DNA from: Mobula hypostoma
Lineage: Eukaryota
DNA: 64,000 nucleotides
Direction of reading: 5' to 3'
Assembly: GCF_963921235.1 (NCBI RefSeq)
Contig: NC_086097.1
Span: forward strand, 91,080,001-91,144,000
Position numbers and translations under genes: made by a program. The notes below the pieces were generated by a model. The model made no database searches and was not told the origin of the DNA. It saw only the letters and a program-made list of their open reading frames with translations. Positions 14,403 to 27,877 of this stretch are shown one piece after another (positions within the stretch are counted from its first letter, which is position 1; every line of letters begins with the position of its first letter).

Positions 14403-14844
14403 TCTCCTGACCTCAGCCTAGCCTAAAGAGCTCTACTGCTAATGAAGTACTTTGGAGGTGTGGTTACTGTTGTTTCATAGGACATGAGGTGGATCATTCG
14501 CAAAGGGCATGATATTAACAGATAGTTCTATGTAATTTAAGGGGAGTACAGTGACACAGCTAATAGTGATATTGTAGAACAACTTGGTTTCATCTTGATG
14601 TCTGCTGAGGTTTACAAGTTGTCCCTTTGACTGTTTGGGTTTCCACTGGCTGGTTAGTTTCCTGTCACATCTCAAGACATGCAGATTGGTGGATTCATTT
14701 TCCTTAGTGTACAGTTCGAGGTAGAATCTCGGGGTTAGATGAGAATGTGAGGGGAATTTTAAAAAATGAGGTTAAGGTAGGATTAGTGTAAATAGGCTGT
14801 TGATGGCCGGCACACAGACAATGGGACGAAGGGCCTGTTTCATA

Positions 14845-17800
14845 GTTGTGCCGACCCTCAAACCCTGCCTCCCATATAAGCCCCCACCTTAAATTCCTCC
14901 ATATACCTGTCTAGTAGTCTCTTAAACTTCACTAGCGTATCTGCCTCCACCACTGGCTCAGGCAGTGCATTCCATGCACCAACCACTCTCTGAGTAAAAA
15001 ACCTTCCTCTAATATCCCCCTTGAACTTCTCACCCCTTACCTTAAAGCCATATCCTCTTGTATTGAGCAGTGGTGCCCTGGGGAAGAGGCGCTGGCTATC
15101 GACTCCATCTATTCCTCTTATTATCTTGTACACCTCTATCATGTCTCCTCTCATCCTCCTTCTCTCCAAAGAGTAAAGCCCTAGCTCCCTTAATCTCTGA
15201 TCATAATGCATACTCTCTAAACCGGGCAGCATTCTGGTAAGTCTCCTCTGTACCCTTTCCAATGCTTCCACATCCTTCCTGTAGTGAGGTGACCAGAAAT
15301 GGACACAGTACTCCAAGGGTGGCCTAACCAGAGTTTTATAGAGCTGCATCATTACATCGCGACCCTTAAACTCTATCCCTCGACTTATGAAAGCTAACAC
15401 CCCATAAGCTTTCTTAACTACCCTATCCACCTGTGAGGCAACTTTCAGGGATCTGTGGACATGTACCCCGAGATCCCTCTGCTCCTCCACACTACCTAGT
15501 ATCCTGCCATTTACTTTGTAATCTGCCTTGGAGTTTGTCCTTCCAAAGTGTACCACCTCACACTTCTCCGGGTTGAACTCCATCTGCCACTTCTCAGCCC
15601 ACTCCTGCATCCTATCAATGTCTCTCTGCAATCTTTGACAATCCTCTACACTATCTGCAACACCACCAACCTTTGTGTCGTCTGCAAGCTTGCCAACCCA
15701 CCCTTCTAACCCCACATCCAGGTCATTAATAAAAATCACAAAAAGTAGAGGTCCCAGAACAGATCCTTGTGGGACACCACTAGTCACAACCCTCCACTCT
15801 GAGTGTACTCCCTCCACCACGACCCTCTGCCTTCTGCAGGCAAGCCAATTCTGAATCCACCTGGACAAACTTCCCTGGATCCCATGCCTTCTGACTTTCT
15901 GAATAAGCCTACTGTGTGGAACCTTGTCAAATGCCTTACTAAAATCCATATAGATCACATCCATTGCACTACTCTCATCTATATGCCTGGTCACCTCCTC
16001 AAAGAACTCTATCAGTCTTGTTAGACACGATCTGCCCTTCACAAAGCCATGCTGACTGTCCCTGATCAGACCATGATTCTCTAAATGCCTATAGATCCTA
16101 TCTCTAAGAATCTTTTCCAACAGCTTTCCCACCACAGACGTAAGGCTCACTGGTCTATAATTACCCGGACTATCCCTACTACCTTTTTTGAACAAGGGGA
16201 CAACATTCGCCTCCCTCCAATCCTCTGGTACCATTCCCGTGGACAACGAGGACATAAAGATCCTAGCCAGAGGCTCAGCAATCTCTTCTCTCGCCTCGTG
16301 GAGCAGCCTGGGGAATATTCCGTCAGGCCCCGGGGACTTACCTGTCCTAATGTATTTTAACAACTCCAACATCTCCTCTCCCTTAATATCAATATACTCC
16401 AGAACATCAACCTCACTCATATTGTCCTCACCATCATCAAGTTCCCTCTCATTGGTGAATACTGAAGAGAAGTATTCATTGAGGACCTCGCTCACTTCCA
16501 CAGCCTCCAGGCACATCTTCCCACTTTTATCTCTAATTGGTCTTACCTTCACTCCTGTCATCCTTTTTTTTTTCACATAATTGAAGAATGCCTTGGGGTT
16601 TTCCTTTACCCTACTCGCCAAGGCCTTCTCATGCCCCCTTCTTGCTCTTCTCAGCCCTTTCTTAAGCTCCTTTCTTGCTTCCCTATATTTCTCAATAGAC
16701 CCAAGCAACACACATAGAAGTTGCTGGTGAACGCAGCAGGCCAGGCAGCATCTCTAGGAAGAGGTGCAGTCGATGTTTCAGGCGATGCTGCCTGGCCTGC
16801 TGCATTCACCAGCAACTTTTATGTGTGTTGCTTGAATTTCCAGCATCTGCAGAATTCCTGTTGTTTGCGTTTTTAACCTCAATAGACCCATCTGATCCTT
16901 GCTTCCTAAATCTCATGTATGCTGCCTTCTTCCACCTGACTAGATTTTCCACCTCACTTGTCACCCATGGTTCCTTCACCCTACCATTCTTTATCTTCCT
17001 CACCGAGACAAATTTATCCCTAACATCCCGCAAGAGATCTGTAAACATTGACCACATGTCCATAGTACATTTCCCTGCAAAAACATCACCCCAATTCACA
17101 CCCGCAAGTTCTAGCCTTATAGCCTCATAATTTGCCTTTCCCCAATTAAAAATTTTCCTGTCCTCTCTGATTCTATCCTTTTCCATGATAATGCTAAAGG
17201 CCAGGGAGCGGTGGTCACTGTCCCCCAGATGCTTACCCACTGAGAGATCTGTGACCTGACCCGGTTCTTTACCTAGTACTAGATCTAGTATGGCATTCCC
17301 CCTGGTCGGCCGGTCCACATACTGTGACAGGAATCCGTCCTGGACACACTTAACAAACTCTGCCCCATCTAAACCCTTGGAACTAATCAGGTGCCAATCA
17401 ATATTAGGGAAGTTAAAGTCACCCATGATAACAACCCTGTTATTTTTGCACCTTTCCAAAATCTGCCTCCCAATCTGCTCCTCTGTATCCCTGCTGCTAC
17501 CAGGGGGCCTATAGAATACCCCCAGTAGAGTAACTGCACCCTTCCTGTTCCTGACTTCCACCCATATTGACTCAAAAGAGGATCCTGCTACATTATCCAC
17601 CCTTTCTGTAGCTGTAATAGTATCCCTGACCAGTAATGCCACCCCTCCTCCCCTTTTTCCGCCCTCTCTATCCCTTTTAAAGTGCTGAAATCCAGGAATA
17701 TTGAGAATCCATTCCTGCCCTGGTGCCAGCCAAGTCTCTGTAATGGCCACTACATCATAATTCCATGTGTGTATCCAAGCTCTCAGTTCATCACCTTTGT

Positions 17801-18591
17801 TCCTGATGCTTCTTGCATTGAGGTACACACATTTCAGCCCTTCTACCTTACTGTCTTTACATCGTTTATTCTGCTTCTCTTTCCTCAAAGCCTCTCTGTA
17901 TGTTAGATCTGGCTTTACTCCATGCACTTCTTTCACTGCTCTATCACTCTGGGTCCCATCCCCCTCGCAAATTAGTTTAAACCCTCCCGAACCATGCTAG
18001 CAAACCTACCTGCAAGGATATTACTCCCCCTCAAGTTCAGGTGCAACCCATCCAATCTGTACAGGTCCCACCTTCCCCAGAAGAGATCCCAATGATCTAA
18101 AAACCTAAAACCCTGCTCCCTGCACCAACTCCTCAGCCATGCATTCAACTGCCATCTCCTCCAATTCTTACCATCACTGTCACGTAGCACTGGCAGCAAT
18201 CCTGAGAATGCCACCCTTGAGGTCCTGTTCTTCAGCCTTCTGCCTAGTTCCCAAAACTCACACTTCAGGACCTCATCCCTCTTCCTGCCTATATCATTGG
18301 TCCCAACATGTATCACGACTTCTGGTTGCTTTCCCTCTCGTACCAGGATGTCATGCACCCAGTCGGAGACATCCCGGACCCTGGCACCCGGGAGGCAACA
18401 AACCATGCGGGTGTCCTTCTCACGTCCACAAAATCTCCTGTCTGCTCCATTGACTATAGAGTCTCCAATGACGACAGCTCTCCTCTTCTCCGTCCCACCC
18501 TTTTGCACCACAGGGTCAGACTCAGTGCCGGAGGCCCTGCCACTGTGGCTCACACCTGGTCGGTCGTCCCTGCCAACAGTATCCAGTATTT
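14845..18591 (-). mobile_element. Young near-full-length CR1 LINE: SGNH-esterase ORF1 (to 17972) and ORF2 APE+RT (17936-14858), split by a 174-bp insertion
   Basis: ORF1 motifs VIGDS, HVGTND, DGLHL; EN motifs LNARS, ITETW, GDFN, SDH; RT motifs [23 protein letters not shown]. Confidence 0.95.
16704..16877 (+). mobile_element. Palindromic Penelope-like insertion with 13-bp TSD
   Basis: TSD ctcaatagaccca at 16691-16703 and 16878-16890; ~50-bp inverted arms; same family as the 30261 and 37042 copies. Confidence 0.9.
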
Positions 18592-20076
18592 TGGTGCTGT
18601 GTCTCTCTATGATTGGCCAAGGGTTACAAGTGTTGATCAAGGCATGTGATGCTGCTGCCCTGCCACTTCTTAAAATTCTACCAGGATTTTATTGAATATC
18701 TCGAGTCAAAGGAGCATGATAAAAGGTTACTCTTCTAAAGTTAAGATGTTCTTTCAGGAAGCAAAATTGATGTGTAGAATTTTGTGCCTTTCTCATCACC
18801 ACTGAAGCTAATTTAAAGTGAACTATGATAATAATTCCCAGATGACTTTGTCCGGGGTAGGTAGTGTTTGCAGTGAACGTTGACTATAAACTGAGTGGAC
18901 AGTCAGCCTTGCGGTCACATCCAATAACTTAAATGGATGAGTGTTTTGAATTTCTTAACCAGCAAAATATGTGATCTTTACTCTTGGCTGGAGAGTTTAT
19001 TTGAAGCAGCCAGATTACTCACACATTGTTGTTACTGTTTTGAACTTCACATTAAATCCCTTCTTGAACCTGTCATTATTTGTGTCACCTCCTTTGGATC
19101 ACAGCTATCCAGGGTGTCTGTAGTCCTCTACTTCTTGACACTTCCAGATCCCAGTTTTCTATCACTTCAAAATGGCAATTATGTTCTTGGCTGAATTAGC
19201 CTGAGCTGTGAACATCCTTCTTTAAATCTCTCCACTTGTCAATCTCTCCTTTTTTAAGTTATTTATTAAAGCCTGCTTCTTTGGCTAAGCTGCTGAAACA
19301 GTTGGCTCTCTGTCAGATTCTGTCTGTTAATACTGTTAACATTTATATAAAGGTATAGAAAGGGTGAAAGCAGGGAGGGTGGATAAAAACAAGTGGTGTC
19401 GCAGCAACAACTTTGTACTCAACATTAGTAAGACCAAAGAATTGGTTATGGACTTCCGAAAGGCTGAGACGAGGGAACCCGCATCGGACCTCATCAAGGG
19501 ATCAGCAACGGAAAAGTGAGCAACTTCAGGTTCCTTGGTGTCAATATCTCTGAGGATCTGCCCTGGACCCAGCATATTGATAGAGTTACATAGAAAGCAT
19601 GACAGCAGCTATATTTCATTAGAAAGCTCAGGAATTTTGATATGTCACCAAAGACACCTGCAAATTTCTACTGATGTACTATGGAGAGCATTCCAACTGG
19701 CTGCATTGCTGTCTGGTACGGGAGGTGGGCGTGATGGGACTACCGAACAGGATCAAAATAAACTGCAGAAAGTTGTGAACACAGTCAGCTCCATCTTGAG
19801 TAGCAGCCTCCGTAGTATTCAGGACATCTTCAAGGAACGATGCCTCAAAAAGGCAGCATTCCATCACTAAGGACTCCATCACCCAGGACATACCCTTTTC
19901 TAATTACTACCATCAGGGAGGAGGGACCAGAGCCTGAAGGACACACTCAATGATTCAGAAACAGCTTCTTCCCCTCTGCCATCAGATTTTGGAATGGACA
20001 GTGAACCCATGAACCCTACCTCACTCCTTCCTTTTCTCTTTTGCACTACTTAATTAATTTAACTTTTTATATATAT

Positions 20077-23000
20077 AGACCATAAGACCATAAGGCATAG
20101 GAGCAGAATTAGGTCATCTGGCCCACCGAGTCTGCTCTGCCGTTCCATCATGTCTGATCCTTTTTTTCTATCTCCTCTCAACCCCAGTTCCCAGCCTTCT
20201 CCCCGTAACCTTTATTGCCATGTCCAATCAACAACCTATCAATCTCTGTCTTATATACACCCAACGACCTGGCCTCCACAGCTGCATGTGGCAACAAATT
20301 CCACAAATTCACCATCCTCTGGCTGAAGAAATTTCTCCACATCTCTCTTTTGAAAGGACACGCCCCTACCCTGAGGCTGTGCCCTCTTGTCCTAGACTCT
20401 CCCACCACGGGAAATATCCTTTCCACATCTACTCTGTCTAGCCTTTCAACATTTGAAAGGTTTCAATGAAATCCCCCCTCATCCTTCTGAATTCCGGAGA
20501 GTACAGACACAGAGCCAATAAACGTTCCTTGTATGATAACCCTTCCATTCCAGGAATCATTCTTGTGAACCTCCTCTGGATCCTCTCCAATGCCAGCTTT
20601 TCATTTCTAAGATGAGGGGCCTAAAACTGTTCACAATTCTCAAGGTGAGACCTCATCAGTGCCTTATAAAGCCTCAGCATCACATCCTTGCTCTTGTATT
20701 CTAGACCTCTTGAAATGAATGCTAACATGACATTTGCTTTCCTCGTCACCGACTAAACCTGCAAGTTAACCTTCAGGGTGTTCTGCACAAGGACTCCCAA
20801 GTACCTCTGCATCTCACATTCCCGGATTTTCTCCCCGTTTAGAAGATAGTCTGCACATTTATTTCTACTACCAAAGTGCCTGACCATGCATTTTCCAACA
20901 TTGTATTTCATTTGCCATTTTCTTGCCCATTCTCCTACTTGTTCTGCATTGTACCTGTTTCCTCCACACTACCTGCCCCTCCACCAATCTTCGTATCATC
21001 TGCAAACTTGATAACAAAGCCATCTATTCCATCATCTAAATCATAAAAAGAAGCGGTCCCAACACCGACCCCTGTGGAACACCACTAGTCACTGGCAACC
21101 AACCAGAAAAGGATCCTTTTATTCCCACTCACTGCCTCCTACCAATCAGCCAATGCACTAACCATGTTAGTAACTTTTGTGTGATACCATGGGATCTTAA
21201 CTTGGTAAGCAGCCTCATGTGTGGCACCTTGTCAGAGGCCTTCTGAAAGTCCAAATATAGAACATCCACTGCATCCCCCTTGTTCTACTTGTAATCTCCT
21301 CAAAGTATTCCAACAGGTCCTTCAGGCAGGATTTTCCCTGAAGGAAACCATGCTGACTTTGTACTATCTTGTCCTGTGTCACCAAGTACTCCAGCACCTC
21401 ATCCTTAACAATTGACTCTAACATCTTCCCAGCCACAGAGGTCAGGCTAACTGGTCTATGATTTCCTTTCTGTGCCTTCCTACTTTCTTAAAGAGTGGAG
21501 TAACATTTGCAATTTTCTAGTCCTCTGGCAACATGCCAGAGCTCAATGACTTTTGAAAGATCATTTCTAATGCCGCCACAATCTCTAACTCTACCTCTTT
21601 CAGTCCCTAGAGTGCAGTTCATCTGGTCCAGGTGACTTATGTACCTTTAGGTCTTTCAGCCTTTTGAGCACCTTCTCTGTTGTAACAGAAACTGCACCCA
21701 CTTCTCTTCCTTCATACACTACAACATCAGGCATACACAGTGAAGACTGACGCAAAATACACATCAGCCATTTCCTTGTATCCCATTATTAATCCTCCTG
21801 CCTCATTTTCTGGTGGTCCTATATGCACTCTCATTTCTCTTTTATTTTTAACATTTTGAAAAAAACTTTTACTATCCATTTTGATATTCTTTGCTAGCTT
21901 GCTTTCCGATCAGAGATAAAAGTGGGAAGATGTGCCTGGAGGCTGCGGAAGTGAGCGAGGTCCTCAATGAATACTTCTCTTCAGTATTCACCAATGAGAA
22001 GGAACTTTTTGATGGTGAGGACAATATGAATGAGGTTGTTCTTCTGGAGTATATTGATATTAAGGGAGAGGAGGTGCTGGAGTTGTTAAAATACATTAGG
22101 ACGGATAAGTCCCCAGGCTGCTCCACGAGGCAAGGGAAGAGATTGCTGAGCCTCTGGCTAGGATCTTTATGTCCTCGTTGTCCACGGGCATGGTACCAGA
22201 GGATTGGAGGGAGGCAAATGTTGTCCCCTTGTTCAAAAAAGGTAGTAGGGATAGTCTGGGTAATTATAGACCAGTGAGCCCTACGTCTGTGGTGGGAAAG
22301 CTGTTGGAAAAGATTCTCAGAGATAGGATCTCTGGGCATTTAGAGAATCATGGTCAGATCAGGGACAAGTCAGCATGGGTTTGTGAAGGGCAGATCATGT
22401 CTAACAAGCCTGATAGAGTTCTTTGAGGAGGTAACTAGGCATATAGATGAGGGTAGTGCAGTGGATGTGATCTATATGGATTTTAGTAAGGCATTTGACA
22501 AGGTTCCACACGATAGGCTTATTCAGAAAGTCAGAAGGCATGGGATCCAGGGAAGTTTGTCCAGATGGATTCAGAATTGGCTTGCCTGCAGAAGGCGGAG
22601 GGTCATGGTGGAGGGAGTACATTCGGATTGGAGGGTTGTGACTAGTGGTGTCCACCAAGGATCAGTTCTGGGACCTCTACTTTTTGTGATTTTTATTAAT
22701 GACCTGGATGTGGGGTTAGAAGGGTGGGTTGGCAAGCTTGCAGACGACACAAAGGTTGGTGGTGTTGCAGATAGTGTAGAGGATTCTTGGAGATTGCAGA
22801 GAGACATTGATAGGTTGTAGAAGTGGCCTGAAAAGTGGCAGATGGAGTTCAACCCGGAGAAGTGTGAGGTGGTACACTTTGGAAGGACAAACTCCAAGGC
22901 AGAGTACAAAGTAAATGGCAGGATACTTGGTAGTGTGGAGGAGCAGAGGGATCTGGGGATACATGTCCACAGATCCCTGAAAGTCGCCTCACAGGTAGAT

Positions 23001-24210
23001 AGGGTAGTTAAGAAAGCTTATGGGGTGTTAGCTTTCATAAGTCGAGGGACAGAGTTTAAGAGTCACGAGGTAATGATGCAGCTCTATAAAACTCTGGTTC
23101 GGCCACACTTGGAGTACTGTGTCCAGTTCTGGTCGCCTCACTATAGGAAGGATATGGAAGCATTGGAAAGGGTATAGAGGAGATTTACCAGGATGCTGTC
23201 TGGTTTAGAGAGTATGGATTATGATCAGAGATTAAGGGAGCTAGGGCTTTACTCTTTGGAGAGAAGGAGGATGAGAGGAAACATGATAGAGGTATACAAA
23301 ATTTTAAGAGGAATAGATAGAGTGGATAGCCAGCACCTCTTCCCCAGGACACCACTGCTCAATACAAGGGGATATGGCTTTAAGGTAAGGGGTGGGTTCA
23401 AGGGGGATATTAGAGGAAGGTTTTTTACTCAGAGAGTGGTTGGTGCGTGGAATACCCTGCCTGAGTCAGTGGTGGAGGCAGATACACTAGTAAAATTTAA
23501 GAGACTACTAGACTGGTATATGGAGGAATTTAAGATGGGGGGGTTATATGGGAGGCAGGGTTTGAGGGTCTGCACAACAATATGGGCTGAAGGGCCTGTA
23601 CTGTGCTGTACTATTCTCTGTTCTATGTTCATATTTCATCTTTTCCCTTCTAAAGATTTTTTTAGTTGCTCTCTGTAGGTTTTTAAAAACTTTCCATCTT
23701 CTATCTTCCCACTAATTTTTGCTTTGTTGTATGCCCTTTCTTTTGCTTTTACAATAGCTTTAACTTCCCTTGTCAGCCACTGTTGTACTATTTTACCATT
23801 TAAGTATTTCTTCATTTTTGGAATAACATGTCCTGCACCTTCCTCATTTTTCCCAGGAACTCATGCCATTGTTGTTCCGCTGTCATCCCTGCCAGCAGCT
23901 GCTTCCAATTTATTTTGGCTAACTCCTCTCTCATACCACTGTAATTCCCACTGAAATACTGCTACATCAGACTTTACTTTCTCCCTATCAAGTTTCAAGT
24001 TGAACATATTCATATTGTGATCACTGGTTCCTAAGGGTTCTTTATACCTTTAGCTCCCTAATCGTCTCTGGTTCATTACATAACACTCCATCCAGCATAG
24101 CTGATCCCCTAGTAGGCTCATTGACAAACTGCTCTAAAAAGCTATCTGTTAGGCATTCAACAAACTCACTCTCTTGAGATCCATTACCAACTTGATTTTC
24201 CAATCGACCA
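20077..24210 (-). mobile_element. Older CR1 LINE, itself interrupted at 21907-23630
   Basis: agaccata-repeat tail at 20077-20095; GESRTRGHSL, GKMLESI, SQHGF.QGKSCL and FVECLTDSFLEQ motifs. Confidence 0.85.
21907..23630 (+). mobile_element. Young 5'-truncated CR1, same subfamily as the 14845-18591 copy
   Basis: Near-identical RT peptides to the 14858-16711 ORF, with a few frameshifts and stops; ttctatgttc tail. Confidence 0.92.
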
Positions 24211-25159
24211 ATATATCTACTGTAATTTACACTTTTTATTATTATGTATGGCAATGTACTGCTGCCGCAGAACAACAAATTTCACAATGTATGCAGTTGG
24301 TATTAAACCTGATTCTAATTATGATTCTGAACAAGTGGTTGTAGGTTTAAGATCAGAGGCAAGAGATTTACAGTAGATATCAAAGACATCTTCTTATCAC
24401 AAAGGGTGGTGTGTGTTTGCAATGGGCTGTCAGAAATAATGGTTGAGCTGGGCTCACTCAGCGACGTTCAAAAACCATCTAGATAAGTGCATGGTTAGGA
24501 GAGGTTTAGAGGGGTTTGGGCCAGATACAGGCAAATGGGACTGGCCTGCTGGACAACACAGTCAGTTTGGACCATATGGGCTCTGACTCCTCCAAAATGC
24601 CTTGGACCCTTTTATTAGAGTGGAAACGACACAAAATGAAACTTGTATAGTTAATTTAGCTTTGAATAACTGCTAACCATTGCTGGTTGTAATTGATGTT
24701 GCAGCCAAACGAGTGTAAGTGTGACATATCAGATGCAGTTGCTTTAATAAAAGAGGAGGTATCAAAGAGTTTAGTGTCTTGAAAAGTTGTTAAGCTGCCA
24801 TGCTGCGATGAAATATGTCCCAGGGAGGTAAAAAGACAAGGAGGAGGTTGTGGGGGCTTTGACTACCAGTGTTCAATCATCCCTGCCTACAGCATGGTGC
24901 ATGGGGTATGGAGAACTGCTCCTTTTGCCTAAAAGGAGGAAAGGATAAACCAAGTAAGTGCAGAATAATTTCTGTAGCTCTAGTGGTGGCTAATATTGGT
25001 ATAATTTCTGAGGGATGGTATAAACCTTACAAAGTCACAGATTAATCAAGACAATGTGGATATATTGAAAAGAAGCTGTGACTGTTTGATTGAATTTTTT
25101 GAGAAGATAACAAAGACATTTGATGAGTGCATTGCATTAGGCAAGACTAGATTACATGG

Positions 25160-25770
25160 GAAGGACCCCTGCATAACGAGATTTCCACTGGGGACCTCCT
25201 CCCTCTCCAGATGGTAAAACAGACCCTAACATGTACATTGGGGACCTGGAGTGGAAGGTGTTGGTTCACTGACACCCCTCCATTTGTCTGTTCCGTGGCT
25301 GGGAGGAGTCAGTGTATTATGTTTATATGGAGTGTAAGAGGTTGCAGCCCCTGTTTGAGCATCTGAAGGGGCTGCTGCTCAGATTCTGGTTGCACTGCAG
25401 CCCCCGCTCCTCATCTACAGGTACCCAGTATGGAAGCTGGAGGGTCACTCGGAGAATGTCCTGATAGGCTTGCTCTTGGGTCTGGCCAAACTGGCCATTC
25501 ACGGGTCCAGGCGGTGGACTGCCGAGGGCTCTGCCCAGGCCGACTGCCTGTCCCTCTTCCAGGGCTACATCTGTGCCAGGATGTCCTTAGAGAGGGAGCA
25601 CAGGATCATCATGGGTTCAGTGAGGGGTTTCTGGGAATGGTGGGCCCACCAGAGAACTGAGTGTATTATAGATGCTAACTATACTTAAATTTAAAATTAA
25701 TAACTGCACTGTAACCCTTATCCTTCATATGTGCTTTGTATTTGAATAAAGTTTTGTACATTTGTAAAAA
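25160..25770 (+). mobile_element. Tx1/L1-clade LINE 3' end
   Basis: zf-RVT-like remnant (EESV..VYMECKRLQPLFEHLKGLLLRFWLH; LLGLAKLAI) followed by aataaa and an A-rich end. Confidence 0.7.
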
Positions 25771-25924
25771 TAAGGAGGGATTGGACAAATTAGGATTCTC
25801 TGGAAGCTGAGGAGAAACCTTAAAGGCGTTTCCAAAATTATGAAAAGCATAGAGTTGGCATTCGGTATCTTTTTCCCAGCACTGAGATAATCTAATACCA
25901 GAGGGCATTCAATTCCTGTCGGAG

Positions 25925-27395
25925 AATCTGAATCAGAATCAGGTTTCTTATCACCATCATGTGACATGAAATTTCTTAACTCAGCAGCAGCAGTTCAATG
26001 CAATACATAATCTAGCAGAGAGAAAAAAATGATAAATAAAAAAACATAATAATAATAATGAATAAACAAGCAAGTCAGTTACGTGTATTGAATAGATTAA
26101 AAAAACAGAAATACTGTATATTTTTTAAAAAGTGAGGTAGTGTCCAAAGCTTCAATGTCCATTTAGGAATCGTATGGCAGAGGGGAAGAAGCTGTTCCTG
26201 AGTCACTGAGTGTATGCCTTCAGGCTTCTGTACCTCCTACCTGATGGTAACAGTGGGAAAAGGGCATGCCCTGGGTGCTGGAGGTCCTTAATAATGGACA
26301 CTGCCTTCCTGAGACACTGCTCCCTGAAGATGTCCTGGGTACTTTGCAGGCTACTGCCCAAGATGGAGCTGACTAGATTTACAACCTTCTGCAGCTTCTT
26401 TCAGTCCTGTACAGTAGCCCCCCACCCCCCCAATACCAGACAGTGATGCAGTCTGTCAGAATGCTCTCCACCGTACAACTATAGAAGTTTTTGAGTGTAT
26501 TTGTTGACGTGTAAGTTTAAAGGAGATGTCCAGGGCAAGTTTTTTTTAATAGAGAGAGAGTCGTGGGTGCCTGGAATGCACTGCCAGGGTTGGTGGTGGA
26601 GGCGATTCTGATTGAGATGTTTAAGAGGCTCTAAGATAGGCACATGACTTTGCAGGGAATGGGAGGATGTGGTCCCCATGCGGGCAGAAGGGGTTAGGTA
26701 TCAGAATCAGAATCATGCTTAATATCACCAGATACTGTATGTCGTGAAGTTTGTTAACTTAGCAGCAGCAGTACAATGCAATGCATGATAAGTATAGAAA
26801 AAACTGTGAATTGCAGTAAGTATATATACGTTTATTAAAAGGTTAAATTAAATAAATAGTGCAAAAACAGAAATTTTAAAAATGTAGTAAGGTAGTGTTC
26901 ATGGTTTCAATGTCCATTTAGAAATCAATGGCAAAGGGAACTAAGCTTTCCTGAATAGCTGAGTGTGTGTCTTCAATCTTCTGTACCTCCTTCCTGACAG
27001 TAACAATGAGAAGAGGACATGTCCTGGTGGTAGAGATCATTAATGATGGACCCTGCCTTTCTGAGGCACTGCTCATTGAAGATGTCTTGGATACTATGGA
27101 GGCCAGTGCCCATGATGGAGCTGACTAATTTTACAACTCTCTGCAGTAGTCCCCCATACCGGACAGTGGTGCAGCCTGTCAGACAGCTCTCACGGTACAT
27201 TTGTAGAAATTTTTGAGTGTCTTAGGTGACATACCAAATCTCCTCAAACTCCCAATTAAATACAGCCGCTGTTGTGCCTTCTTTGTAATTGCATCAATAT
27301 GTTGGGCCCAGGATAGATCCTCATCTCTGACCGGGAACTTGAAATTGTTCACCCTTCCCACTTTTAATCCCTCTATTAGGACTGGTCTATGTTTG
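25925..27395 (-). mobile_element. Two Rex1/Babar 3' fragments separated by a short CR1 tail
   Basis: gaatca-repeat tails at 25925 and 26700; DLSWAQHIDAITKKAQQRLY.I.SLRRFGMS motif. Confidence 0.75.
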
Positions 27396-27877
27396 TAAGT
27401 CTGACCGGAGCAAAGGATGTTGGGAATGGTGAGATCGGAGTGCCATGGGAGGGTGTGGGACAGGTGACAGAGAAGGAGAGCCAGGGGTAGGAGGGGGTCA
27501 TTCTGGTGTGGGTGCAGATCCACCCAGCCCTGAGACAATGGGCAAGGTCATTTGAATCCAAACAATTGGTCTATTAATCATTACAGAATGTCTCTCTGGA
27601 GCTTCCCACTCCCTCCCTGTCCCCTTCCCATTTTCTCAACCATGATTCCCCTCTCCCTGACCCCATCCCACTCTCAGTCCGGAGTAGAGACCCATATCAG
27701 AATCACATATGTCATGAAATTTGGTTTTTTTTTGTGGCAGCAGTACAGTGCAATACGTAAAATTGCTACAGTACTGTACAGAGCTGTTGGTTACCCCAGC
27801 CATATATATGTGCCTAAGACTTTTGCACAGTACTGTACCTAACAGTATACCCTTTATATTCCCCACTTCTCCACAGT

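Larger units (their letters stand above)
19390..24330 (+). mobile_element. Rex1/Babar LINE 3' part, split by nested CR1s (pieces ~19390-20076 and ~24211-24330)
   Basis: WCRSNNFVLNISKTKELVMDFRK motif; tail aaacctgattctaattatgattctga; atatat at both breakpoints. Confidence 0.75.

Noticed and set aside
17972..18640. Host SGNH lipase/esterase gene
   Set aside because: It is CR1 ORF1 directly upstream of ORF2; the first ~16 codons come from flanking DNA
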